Part shown: positions 9,941 to 19,853 of the stretch, one piece after another
Layout: every line of letters begins with the position of its first letter
Numbering within the stretch: the first letter of the stretch is position 1
IMG/VR virus record: IMGVR_UViG_3300028840_006907
Location: 384,001 to 448,000 of that record
Length of the DNA: 64,000 bases
Reading direction: 5' to 3' (one strand)
Source: a virus
Notes under the pieces: generated by a model
Told to the model about the DNA's origin: nothing
What the model saw: the letters and a program-made list of their open reading frames with translations, nothing else
Databases searched by the model: none
Position numbers and translations under genes: made by a program

Positions 9941-11872
9941 ATGAGGAATAGATATTATGCTCCTGGCGAAAAACCTCATAGTTCTTTCATAGATAGAAAT
10001 AATCAATATTTTTATGTTAGAACGGGTGTTATTGAAGAAATCGATCTTGATAAATATACAATGACTGTTAGATGGGAACCAGGTAATGGTAGTAGAGACC
10101 ATGTCCCAATAAGTTTTCCTTACGCAGGTCCGGCAGGATTTATTGGGATGTTGCCAGAAAAAGGATCATTCGGAATTTTTGGATGGTATAATTCTGGAGT
10201 GGGTGGTGGAAGTCCTCTATTATTAAGTTATCTTCCAGCAGGTCTTGATGCAGGATTAAATTATAATGTTGTTAAGATACATCCTGATGCTATTCCTACG
10301 AGTGATGTAAATGAGATTTTATTTAAATTCAGAAAATTGGGATTAAATGATTTGGTCATAGCTTCCCCATCGGGAGCTGAAATTACTTTAAATGCTAATT
10401 TAGAATTACGTGATGGTTCTCAAGATACTTTTTTAATCCGTGATGAAGATCAATCAATTATTGCTACTTCTCTAAATAATTTCATTTTTGCTGATGGTGT
10501 AGCGGTAAGTGCTGGTCCCGCAATGAGAAATAGCCTTGTACTCTATGATAAAAATGGAAAAAAGATAAGAAATAACGGTAGTCTCGTATCTCTTCCGGAT
10601 GGAAAAGAAAACATTTATATAGTTCCTAATGGTGAAGATATCACTTATGATACTCAATACTATTCTGAATATCGGGTTGATGTAGATGAATTGGTTGATG
10701 GAAAATTAGATCTTAATGACATTAATAGTTCTTCTCCATTATCAACAAGAGATCCTCTTATAACTTTAGCAATGGGTAATTACATAGGAGCTGATCGAAC
10801 TAATCCTCAACAGTATGGAGAAATATTAAAAGCAGTCCTTTTTTCTTCTCCAAATGATATAAAGGGAAACTTCGGTTTAGAAAAGGCGATACGAGATAAT
10901 GCCATGGATGAACCTTCTATTATAGGTCTCGCTTATGCTTTACATTCTTTGAAATCAGGGTGTTTTATTGGAATCGATAAAGAAGGCCATTATTATATGA
11001 ATCTCCCAGCATCGAAAACAAATCCTTTAGGTGCCGGAAGATCGATGTCTACCCTGGCTCAAGGTAATTTAAAAGAGATATGGGGAGGAGAAGCTTTAAT
11101 AAATAACTCTTGGGATTTGGCTACAGCGGGTGGAGTTCGTTGGAATATTGGTGCTCATAACACTAATTTAAGAGGTCGAAGTATTGATATAAAGACTTCT
11201 CAAGGTATAAATGTCGAAATAAATGGGAATGATGATGACGGTTATGCCAGAAAAGAGAAGATCAAAGGGAATACATATGAGAATGTTGGGGGCAACAAAA
11301 CTGAAGTTAGTTCGAATTTAACTCTTGTTATAAATGGGTTGAAGACTGAGAATATAGGTGGTTCTCATACTCAATCTATACAGAGTGACAAAAGTGTTAA
11401 TGTGTTGGGAGTTTATTCAGAAACAGTTTCGAAAGAGAAGCAACAAAAATATGGGAGTAGAAAGACTGTCATAACTCCTCAAGGTAATGATGAATTGGAA
11501 GTTAATGCAGGTGATATCCAACACACAATAACTACATTCGGTCAAAAGAAATTGTCTGTAAACGGTGGGAATATTCAACAAAACATTGGAAATGGAGTTT
11601 ATGAGACTCTTATAAAATTAGGAAGTTATACTCTTGATGTAAAGACAGGATCGATAGAAATAAAAACTGCACTAGGTACTGTAACAGTTTCGGGAACTTC
11701 AGTAGAGATAAAGGGTTCAGTTTCTGTAAGTGTTGATGCTCCAGTAGTAAAATTAGGACAAAATGCACCTATAGGAGGAGTTGTAACAGGTCTTCCTGGA
11801 ATACCTTCTCATGCGGATTATGTGACAGGTGCTCCTCTAAAAGGAAGTTTAAAAGTAAGTGCAACGGCTTAA
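9941..11872 (+). CDS. baseplate central spike protein (gpV/gp5-like: N-terminal OB-fold-like region plus C-terminal beta-helix)
   Basis: N-terminus 'RTGVIEEIDLDKYTMTVRWEPG...' resembles spike OB-fold regions; C-terminus is a run of short beta-strand repeats (GNIQQNIGNG..., SIEIKTALGTVTVSGTSVEIKGSVSVSVDAPVVKLG) typical of spike beta-helices. Confidence 0.5.
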   Translation: MRNRYYAPGEKPHSSFIDRNNQYFYVRTGVIEEIDLDKYTMTVRWEPGNGSRDHVPISFPYAGPAGFIGMLPEKGSFGIFGWYNSGVGGGSPLLLSYLPAGLDAGLNYNVVKIHPDAIPTSDVNEILFKFRKLGLNDLVIASPSGAEITLNANLELRDGSQDTFLIRDEDQSIIATSLNNFIFADGVAVSAGPAMRNSLVLYDKNGKKIRNNGSLVSLPDGKENIYIVPNGEDITYDTQYYSEYRVDVDELVDGKLDLNDINSSSPLSTRDPLITLAMGNYIGADRTNPQQYGEILKAVLFSSPNDIKGNFGLEKAIRDNAMDEPSIIGLAYALHSLKSGCFIGIDKEGHYYMNLPASKTNPLGAGRSMSTLAQGNLKEIWGGEALINNSWDLATAGGVRWNIGAHNTNLRGRSIDIKTSQGINVEINGNDDDGYARKEKIKGNTYENVGGNKTEVSSNLTLVINGLKTENIGGSHTQSIQSDKSVNVLGVYSETVSKEKQQKYGSRKTVITPQGNDELEVNAGDIQHTITTFGQKKLSVNGGNIQQNIGNGVYETLIKLGSYTLDVKTGSIEIKTALGTVTVSGTSVEIKGSVSVSVDAPVVKLGQNAPIGGVVTGLPGIPSHADYVTGAPLKGSLKVSATA

Positions 11873-11882
11873 GGATCAATAA

Positions 11883-12491
11883 ATGCCATTAGTACCACAA
11901 ACAATGAAAAGTTTTATAATAGTCAAGGCGTCATCCTTAACTATAGCAGGGGATAAATTATCTTATTTTGTCTCAGCTATTGCTAGTGCTACTTGTCAAT
12001 ATATTCTTTCAGCTTCAACTGTAAATAGTACTAATATTGCACTAGGGCCAGGAGGTGGAACACAGACGGGGAAAGTGGTAGGATTAGTCCCTTCTGGTAT
12101 GAGTGCACTAATGATGGCACGAGCAACCGCTAATGGGCTTTCTGGAAGAGATTTAAAGAAAGTTTTTGATTCTATTTCTTTTGGGGTGGTGAATGCTATG
12201 AAGGCTGTTGTACTTCAAGGAACAATCATAGGAGCTGGTCCTGGGACTGGGACAGGGAAAATTATAGGTTTAGTTCCTTCTGCTCTTCAGAATTTAATAT
12301 ATGCTCAATCTGCTTTTAGATTGATTTCAGGAGATAAATTAAGGCCAATATTATCAGCTATAGCTTTTGGTATATGTAATCATATAATGTCGGCGGGTAC
12401 AGTAAATGCAACTGACATAGGAGCTGCAGCCGGACCACCTGCAGGCCCAGTAACGATACCTGCTGCACCAGGAATAGGGAAACTTGTATAA
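11883..12491 (+). CDS. hypothetical protein with three internal repeats of about 55 aa; spike-tip/cap candidate
   Basis: Internal repeats (K-L-x-x-x-x-S-A-I-A... V-N-x-T-x-I... G-P-G-x-G-x-G-K-x-x-G-L-V-P-S) seen three times in the translation; directly follows the spike gene. Confidence 0.4.
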   Translation: MPLVPQTMKSFIIVKASSLTIAGDKLSYFVSAIASATCQYILSASTVNSTNIALGPGGGTQTGKVVGLVPSGMSALMMARATANGLSGRDLKKVFDSISFGVVNAMKAVVLQGTIIGAGPGTGTGKIIGLVPSALQNLIYAQSAFRLISGDKLRPILSAIAFGICNHIMSAGTVNATDIGAAAGPPAGPVTIPAAPGIGKLV

Positions 12492-15400
12492 ATGAGTACT
12501 GATTTAAATACACTGTTATCGTATAATACGATAGATCTTGAATTTTTTGAAATACGTGGATCAAGATCGGGAGTCAATAATGCTCGTACAACAGGTGTTG
12601 TTTATGTAAACGGGCAATATGTTCCAGGAAAGAGTGATGTCACAGGAAGTGGGACTTTTGCTAGTGATGATACTGTTAGTGGATTTTCATTTGGAGCACC
12701 CTATGGTGCTTTAACTACTTCTTCATTAAAAGTGGGAGATAATCTTACTGCTGACTCCACTATTTTTAGAATAGCAAATATCGATTCTTCTACCAGTTTT
12801 CAACTTGAAAGTGCTTCGGGTCTGACAGGGGTTTATCCTATACAATTTGATATGGGTCAAAGAGAATATGTTGTAGAGCCAGATACAATAACAAATACTT
12901 CGACCGGTACAGCTAGCTTTACTTCTGGAGATAAGACTGTAATAAATACAGGTCCTTCTTGGTCAGGGATAATAGCCCCAGGTGATTTTATAAAACATGA
13001 TGGATATCAAGAATATTTTAGAATAGCTGCGGTACCTTCTGGGACATCATTAACATTAGAGAATTCTTATTCAGGTGATACTACGAGTGGTTCCTATACT
13101 GCTAAGAAATGGGTTATAGGTAGAACCAGAATTCAGTATGCTAAAAATGATATAACTTATGATGATCAGGCAGCGAAGTGGAAATATGGGGCTATAGAGG
13201 CTGATGATCTTACTACTTCTACGAATTTTACTCCTCTAGTAGATGGAGTTACATTAAAATTTTCTCGTGCCTTAAATACTAATGATCCAGATTTAATGGA
13301 TGTGGCTGTTACAGAGAATACCATTTTTGCCAGAGAGACTAAATATGAAACGTTTCAGTTTGCTCTTCCTGTAGTTCCTTTTCCTGAATCTTCTATGAAA
13401 CTTTGGATTAATAGTGTCGAACAAACGATGTATCAAGATTATGTATTATCCTATTCTCAGAATCCTTTATATGTTTTACCTCCTCCTCCAAATGAGCGTT
13501 TTGTGGCTAATATAATGTTTTTAACAGAATTATCAAACAGCCCAAGTACAGAATTAACAGCATTAGGAGAGTTCAATATTACTGATTCTTCTGGTAATTC
13601 GATAGGAGGAATATATCCGGGATCTTTTTCATTGACTGTTGATGGTACTACTCAGGTTCCTTATAGAGATTATGTATTGGAAGGGAATTCTGGGACTATC
13701 AATATTATAGATTCAACTGTAAATGAAGAGATAGTAAAATATGTAGGTTCTGATTATAGTGATTATATCGATTATGGTTTTAAAGTTTATTTAAATGGGA
13801 TAGAACAAAAAATTTCTTTTCCTGCTGAAATTGATGATGATATTCTTTTTCAGGTTGCTATAGGAAGGTTAAAACCTCGTGATAAGGACCATCCGGGACC
13901 TGGTGAAATTTATCAAATAAATTATATGGTTGAATCAAATCCTGTTTCTGATGAGCTTATTGTAGGAACTGATGGTGGAACTGTCATTGCTACGAGTTCT
14001 TATCCGATAAAGCAAGATTCTATTTTGTTAATAAAAAATGATACAATTCTTACAGAAGATGAGGATTATTTTGTTAGTTATTTAACTGGTAGAATTTCTC
14101 TTATAGACACTCTTACTTCCCAGGATAATTTTTCTATAAGCTATACTCCTCTTTCAAAACAGGTTAATAATTTATTTTATACAGATAACGCTTGGTATTG
14201 TACAGTAAATGATTCTAGGTTAACAATAGTAGATGCTGATAATTATAGATTTAGTTTAATAAATCTTAGCCTGGATGCTGGTGAGATCCAAATTAATCGC
14301 ATTTATAATGAGACAAGAGATGGGGATTATGATTTAACAAATATCCAGACAGAGGGACCGACTCTTTTATTGGAGAAAAATGCTACTAATACTTCTATAG
14401 GATTAAAATCAACTGATGTTGTACTAATTGATTATACTTTTGAAAGTGAATCAACGGAATATTATCCGGTTGTTGTAAATAATTTAAATATAACTGAAGG
14501 GGTAAAAACTGTTTATATAGAAGGGTCTGACCTGACTTCATTTATAGATGCAAGTTCGATTCTCACTCTTGCTAGACCTGATTCTGCTGTGCAATATTAT
14601 CATACCATTTTAAGTTCTTCTTATGATAATTACGGTACAAGAATAAATATTGAAACACCTATTTTTGAAGATATAATAAACCCAAAAATGTTTATAGGTG
14701 ATAGTGCTCCTACTTATTTAAGTGTTCCTTTAACGGCTGGTCCTATTATAAGTGGTTCTACCAATATTTCTTTTTTTGGTGATAATATTCAAAATATTTT
14801 TCGAAGTAAAACAATTCTTGATGTAAGTAATGATTTATATCAAGTAGCAAGTGCTTCGTATGATAGTGATACTACCACAACCACGGTTAATCTGAGATCA
14901 GGAATATTATATGATCGAACAGACTCTACAGATTTATCAAGTTTAAAATATAGTGATAACCCATATTATCTTGAAGGTGATACAGAGATTTATGCTTCAG
15001 AAACGATAGCGACTTTATCTGATCAACCAGGTTTCATAATGAATTATAATAGTGATCAGATAATAGAAATTACAACTACTGAATCTGATTTGACTGTTGA
15101 TGGAACCTCTTTCTCATATAATACTTATCCGACTTTAAGTGATCTTTCAGGTGCTATGACGGTTATTCCGTCGTTGGCTGTTACTACATATATCCCAGCG
15201 TGGCAGAGTAGTAAAATTGAACTAGTGACTGAATTGTCTGTTTTCAGGGACTCAAGTACTGTATTAAATGTCTCAAATGCTTTAAGATATAAAAGTATTG
15301 ATGCTACTGCTTTTGTTGATACTACGGATTATTCAATAAGTAATAGAGGTACAGTTATTTTAGATAACCCTCTTGTAAGAGGAGATAAATATAATCTTGA

Positions 15401-17834
15401 TTACATGGGTTTGGAATTTCTTGGTAATAAACAAGTCAGTTATACTGCAGGTTATTTTGATTCATTACCTGCAAAATCAGAAGTAAAGGCTTCCTTTCAA
15501 TTTGTTAATTTAGATCAATTTTATATCCAGGTTTTAGATCAGAGAGATTTCTTTAGTTCAGTGACTATTCCTCGAATGAGGGAAGAAGCGATTCAACTTA
15601 GTGGTAGTGTAGGTCAAGGTGGTGAAGTTATTGGTGATGAAGGTAACGATAATGCTTCTGGAGGAATCACTGGTGATGAATATGCTCGACAGGACATGGA
15701 AATAGAATGTCGTGTATTCCAGAATATCTATGATTTTTTCAGTAATCGATTAGAGGCTTATGGCGATGAAATGGAGGCATCTGTAGGTCTGAAATTATTT
15801 AATAATGATGGTATATTTACACAGCAAGAACAGGATGCTGCGAATAAAACTGTCAGTAGAATTTTTCCAGATGTTGATAATACTAATTTTGAACCGATGG
15901 AAGTGAACCCATTAACAGGTTACTTTTTTGACAATGGTGCAAAATTTGTTAATGGTTCAACAACTGTGACTAGTACAGGTAATACTCTTTGGACATTACA
16001 ATTAAATAATTCGGGTTATATTGGTAGCGCAGATTCAACGAAAAGATATCAAATAAATAGTATCACTAATAATGCTGAACTTGAATTGACTACCTCTTAT
16101 GGAGAAAATTCCTCTAATGTTAATGATGGCGAACGCTATACTGCAGTAAATACTGATTACCCAGTTTATGATGATGACGGTTTTGTAGGGGCAAGAATAA
16201 TAGGGACAAGAGCGAGTAATTTTGGTTTAATAAATGGAGACACATTTGAAATATTTCTTGATGGGACGGATTTAACTCATAAGAAGACATATACTTTTTT
16301 AGATACTTTTTTTCCAGTAGCCAATTTAAATGGACCATTGGTAGCAGGATTATTATCAACAATTAATGGTTTAAGTTGTACATACGAGTCGGTTCTTGAT
16401 CCTACTACAACTTATGGTTATCGTTCCACTTTAGTTTTTAGGACAGATTCAACTGTTAATTATATGAAACTTGGTGATACCACTACGACAACTAAATTAG
16501 GATTTGTAAGAGATGATACTGTTTATGGGAATTATGATAGATTAAATTATAGCTCATCTGCTATTTCACTTAATTTAGTCCCTCCTGAAGCAATTTTAGA
16601 TTCGAGTGAAGCGCATGCCATCGGTGAAGAATTAGGTTATCAGAGTTCATTAATTGCTTTAGGAAGTCCTGATAAGTTAAATCGAATAAGTCCAGCAGGT
16701 CTTATTTTTGCAAGTGAGATTTATAATTCTGCCTCATCTCAGGTAGATCTAATTTATCAAGAGATTCCGAAAATAGAAGAACAAATCACTGCTACAGGTC
16801 TTATTATTGCAGAGGAAGATATTCCTTCTGCTGATACTTCCACAGCTCATTTAAATGCAACTTTAATGTTGGCTGATACCAGTGCTGCATTAATCGATGC
16901 TACAGGAATTATTACCGATTGGCAAGGGAAAGGAACCGATTGGGAATGGGTTTCAGATTTTACACAACATAGTGTATTTATTCGTGGTAAAGACAGTACC
17001 AATGTTGGTGTTCCGGTTTCATCCGGACCTGGCATTACAAATATTGATGGTCAGCAATCTTTTATTCTTCAGGCACCTGCTGGATATGATCGAAGAATAT
17101 TGAATAATACAATTTTTTCTGTTACGTATTATCCTGCAATAGTAGATGCTACAAGTAATATCCCTTTTGATGGGACATGGACAGGATGGGGCATTTACGG
17201 TTATAGTAATAACAATGAAATTACATTTACTTTAGATCAACCTAATATGATCTTTCTTAATAACGTTTCAATGGCTGGGACTAATCAGAGATATATTACT
17301 GATAGTACAGCTTTGAATATTTTGTGGGATGTAGGACCAAGTACGACAACAGTAACATTTCCGTATGCAACTTATGCAACGGTCTCTAGTATGAAAATTG
17401 CTTTAAATACTATTTCAGGATTAAGTGCTACTGGACCTGCAATACATGATGCAAGTATTTGTAAAGCATTTTTAATATTGCCTCCTCAATCAATCACTCC
17501 TGATGCCACGGTTTATCCAGGATTGAGAGATGCTACAGTAGCATATCAGACAATTTCTGATATGATGCTTGCAGACAGAACTAATTTTGCCAGTGATCGA
17601 AGTAATTTTCTTGTAAACAGAATAGATTATTTAACAAATACTAGAAATACACAGATAAAAAATGCTATAAAAAATGAACAACTTTTACTCGATAATGGAG
17701 AACCCAGTGATCTTTATAATTGGGCAAATAACAGATTTAATAGGAGACAAGGGTGTTACGCAAAACTCAAACAAATAGAGCAACAAATAGCTTCAAACGA
17801 GTCAGCTCTTCAAATAAACAAGAGTTTCTTTTAA
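12492..17834 (+). CDS. giant tail fibre/baseplate-associated protein (1780 aa), Ser/Thr/Asn-rich
   Basis: Uninterrupted 5.3-kb ORF with a beta-rich, low-charge composition typical of fibre/adhesin-like proteins. Confidence 0.5.
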   Translation: MSTDLNTLLSYNTIDLEFFEIRGSRSGVNNARTTGVVYVNGQYVPGKSDVTGSGTFASDDTVSGFSFGAPYGALTTSSLKVGDNLTADSTIFRIANIDSSTSFQLESASGLTGVYPIQFDMGQREYVVEPDTITNTSTGTASFTSGDKTVINTGPSWSGIIAPGDFIKHDGYQEYFRIAAVPSGTSLTLENSYSGDTTSGSYTAKKWVIGRTRIQYAKNDITYDDQAAKWKYGAIEADDLTTSTNFTPLVDGVTLKFSRALNTNDPDLMDVAVTENTIFARETKYETFQFALPVVPFPESSMKLWINSVEQTMYQDYVLSYSQNPLYVLPPPPNERFVANIMFLTELSNSPSTELTALGEFNITDSSGNSIGGIYPGSFSLTVDGTTQVPYRDYVLEGNSGTINIIDSTVNEEIVKYVGSDYSDYIDYGFKVYLNGIEQKISFPAEIDDDILFQVAIGRLKPRDKDHPGPGEIYQINYMVESNPVSDELIVGTDGGTVIATSSYPIKQDSILLIKNDTILTEDEDYFVSYLTGRISLIDTLTSQDNFSISYTPLSKQVNNLFYTDNAWYCTVNDSRLTIVDADNYRFSLINLSLDAGEIQINRIYNETRDGDYDLTNIQTEGPTLLLEKNATNTSIGLKSTDVVLIDYTFESESTEYYPVVVNNLNITEGVKTVYIEGSDLTSFIDASSILTLARPDSAVQYYHTILSSSYDNYGTRINIETPIFEDIINPKMFIGDSAPTYLSVPLTAGPIISGSTNISFFGDNIQNIFRSKTILDVSNDLYQVASASYDSDTTTTTVNLRSGILYDRTDSTDLSSLKYSDNPYYLEGDTEIYASETIATLSDQPGFIMNYNSDQIIEITTTESDLTVDGTSFSYNTYPTLSDLSGAMTVIPSLAVTTYIPAWQSSKIELVTELSVFRDSSTVLNVSNALRYKSIDATAFVDTTDYSISNRGTVILDNPLVRGDKYNLDYMGLEFLGNKQVSYTAGYFDSLPAKSEVKASFQFVNLDQFYIQVLDQRDFFSSVTIPRMREEAIQLSGSVGQGGEVIGDEGNDNASGGITGDEYARQDMEIECRVFQNIYDFFSNRLEAYGDEMEASVGLKLFNNDGIFTQQEQDAANKTVSRIFPDVDNTNFEPMEVNPLTGYFFDNGAKFVNGSTTVTSTGNTLWTLQLNNSGYIGSADSTKRYQINSITNNAELELTTSYGENSSNVNDGERYTAVNTDYPVYDDDGFVGARIIGTRASNFGLINGDTFEIFLDGTDLTHKKTYTFLDTFFPVANLNGPLVAGLLSTINGLSCTYESVLDPTTTYGYRSTLVFRTDSTVNYMKLGDTTTTTKLGFVRDDTVYGNYDRLNYSSSAISLNLVPPEAILDSSEAHAIGEELGYQSSLIALGSPDKLNRISPAGLIFASEIYNSASSQVDLIYQEIPKIEEQITATGLIIAEEDIPSADTSTAHLNATLMLADTSAALIDATGIITDWQGKGTDWEWVSDFTQHSVFIRGKDSTNVGVPVSSGPGITNIDGQQSFILQAPAGYDRRILNNTIFSVTYYPAIVDATSNIPFDGTWTGWGIYGYSNNNEITFTLDQPNMIFLNNVSMAGTNQRYITDSTALNILWDVGPSTTTVTFPYATYATVSSMKIALNTISGLSATGPAIHDASICKAFLILPPQSITPDATVYPGLRDATVAYQTISDMMLADRTNFASDRSNFLVNRIDYLTNTRNTQIKNAIKNEQLLLDNGEPSDLYNWANNRFNRRQGCYAKLKQIEQQIASNESALQINKSFF

Positions 17835-17990
17835 AAGATTCAACGGGAGAAAAATTAATTTGGAAACGAGCAAATCCGAATAATCCATTGATACGAGAAC
17901 TAGATAAATTGGTAGCAATAATAGGTCATTCTGTTTTAGGGTATACAAAAAAGACTGAAAAACAACTAAAAAAATTAAAGAGAATGTAAT

Positions 17991-19850
17991 ATGCCAACAA
18001 GTCAAGTAAATGTACCAGCTCAGTTAAAAGCTTTTCCATATGTCGCTCCTCCATTAGATACAAGTCGTGGTGGGACAGATAGTTCATTAGATAGTTTAAT
18101 TACAGCTCTTGAACAAATATCAGCTAATGTACCTGATGATATCACAGATTTAATCGGTCCTGGATCAACTCCTGTACCTTCAATAGGACAGGATGAGTGG
18201 CAAAGTGTTTCTATTGCGGATTTAAGTTGGGTAGAAAGAATTACTTCACCACTTAATAGTGCTTTGCAGAAAATTGATAAAATAGTTATAGCATTGACTA
18301 AAATTTTAAAAATTATTGAATTATTCACCAGTACTTTTAATTCCTTTTCTAAACTTATTATAAGTGCAATAGAGTTGGCTCAGAATAAATTAAATGAATT
18401 TGCTCTTGATACAATGGGTTTTGGTGTTTCGGCAAATGTGCTTGTGCCTCCTGCTTTATTAAAATTAGTGGGTGATGTTGATTCTCGGAATCAGCTACGT
18501 GGAGGTTTTAATGGTTTTTTAACTCGACTAGAGAGTTCAATATATAATGTACAAGATCCTAATAGGCCCCAATTTACAACGAATGATTATGTTGGAGGTC
18601 TTGTTATTGTCATAGATTCAGAATCTTTAGATGTGGCTTGGAGAGGGATGCAACAATTAGCATCAATGTTTGATTTCATGACTCTTTTTGGATTGAATCT
18701 TGCTCCTCCTCCCCCTACTAATTTGGGTGGGTTTAGTGGAAGATTTTCATATGATGATGAAGAAGAAGAGTATGAAGTTCAAGATGATATAACCCGAGCG
18801 GAAGATAGTGCTGATGAGTCCTCTGCCAGGGAATGGCAATTCGGTGTTCAGATTGAATGGGATCAGACTTATTCTGCTTCAGGATTTAACATCTATAGAA
18901 GTCGTGTTCCAGGAGGGCAGGCACAATTAGTTGAATATATTCCTACTTCTCTTGTTGATAATAAAGAGACTGGTGAACCTGGTCTTTTGTCTATTGTGGG
19001 TGATTGGATTCTTAATATTAGAGCTGGGGAAGATGTTCAGCTACCAGAAAGGTTAGAATATGTTTATGAAGATCCTGATTTCCCTGGACCGGTGTTTGTA
19101 CCAGCAGGTTTAGACTCCAGATTAAAATATGTTGATACGAATATGCAAACGAAAATTCTTAATCCGGAAGCAGATGCAGAAGATCAAATAGAAATTCCGA
19201 TTTATGTGGATGATGAGGGGAAAGAAGTTCCTGTCAGTAATTATTACTATATGATTCGGGCTTGTAATGCGAGTGGTCAAGGAGAAGGGCCAAATTCTAA
19301 AGAATTATCAGTTGCTATAAAAGCATGTAATGATGCTTTTAGTATTGCCGATTTAATTCAACATCCTAATGGGAGATTTGAGTTTTTTTCTATTGGATAT
19401 GGTAAGATAAATAATTGGTCTTCTATAAAATTGACAAAGATGATTCCTTGGTTTACGGAGATTGTAGGAATATTAAATGATTTTTTAGAGACATTAAAAG
19501 GAATGGCAACAAGTGCTTCTGATTCTTTTTCGGATTTTCTTGATCAGATAAAAGAAAAAGTATCCTTATATACCAATATTTTAGGAGCAGTGTCCTATTT
19601 AGTTGAGAGAGTGAAAGATTTGGTATTAGGACCATCTGCAGCCTATTTAAATGTTCCCCCCGAAAAAGGTGGTATGCCTGTTTTCCTTGAGAGAGTAAAA
19701 AATGCTCAAGGAGGGGAAGATTTTAGTGGTTCTAATGGAATAACTATAGGAGTGGTTTTGGTTTATGGGGCCTCTGGAAGTCAGATTGCTCAATTGGCTC
19801 TTTTAAAAAGAGCTTTTGATTTTATTTATTCGCTTTTTGTTGGAGATTAA
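17991..19850 (+). CDS. hypothetical structural protein
   Basis: 619-aa ORF; contains a possible Ig/FN3-like segment (EWQFGVQIEWDQTYSASGFNIYRSRVPGG) and an acidic stretch. Confidence 0.45.
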   Translation: MPTSQVNVPAQLKAFPYVAPPLDTSRGGTDSSLDSLITALEQISANVPDDITDLIGPGSTPVPSIGQDEWQSVSIADLSWVERITSPLNSALQKIDKIVIALTKILKIIELFTSTFNSFSKLIISAIELAQNKLNEFALDTMGFGVSANVLVPPALLKLVGDVDSRNQLRGGFNGFLTRLESSIYNVQDPNRPQFTTNDYVGGLVIVIDSESLDVAWRGMQQLASMFDFMTLFGLNLAPPPPTNLGGFSGRFSYDDEEEEYEVQDDITRAEDSADESSAREWQFGVQIEWDQTYSASGFNIYRSRVPGGQAQLVEYIPTSLVDNKETGEPGLLSIVGDWILNIRAGEDVQLPERLEYVYEDPDFPGPVFVPAGLDSRLKYVDTNMQTKILNPEADAEDQIEIPIYVDDEGKEVPVSNYYYMIRACNASGQGEGPNSKELSVAIKACNDAFSIADLIQHPNGRFEFFSIGYGKINNWSSIKLTKMIPWFTEIVGILNDFLETLKGMATSASDSFSDFLDQIKEKVSLYTNILGAVSYLVERVKDLVLGPSAAYLNVPPEKGGMPVFLERVKNAQGGEDFSGSNGITIGVVLVYGASGSQIAQLALLKRAFDFIYSLFVGD

Positions 19851-19853
19851 AAA

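Noticed and set aside
16120-16362. Minus-strand ORF (80 aa) inside the 1780-aa fibre gene, plus similar short antisense ORFs inside other giant genes (e.g. 26318-26931, 35839-37231)
   Set aside because: Embedded antisense within long ORFs; no independent support.
17753-17989. 78-aa + strand ORF bridging the end of the giant fibre gene and the gap before 17991
   Set aside because: Its ATG start lies inside the upstream gene in another frame. A shorter product from a TTG start in the 17835-17990 gap cannot be excluded but has no RBS or motif support.
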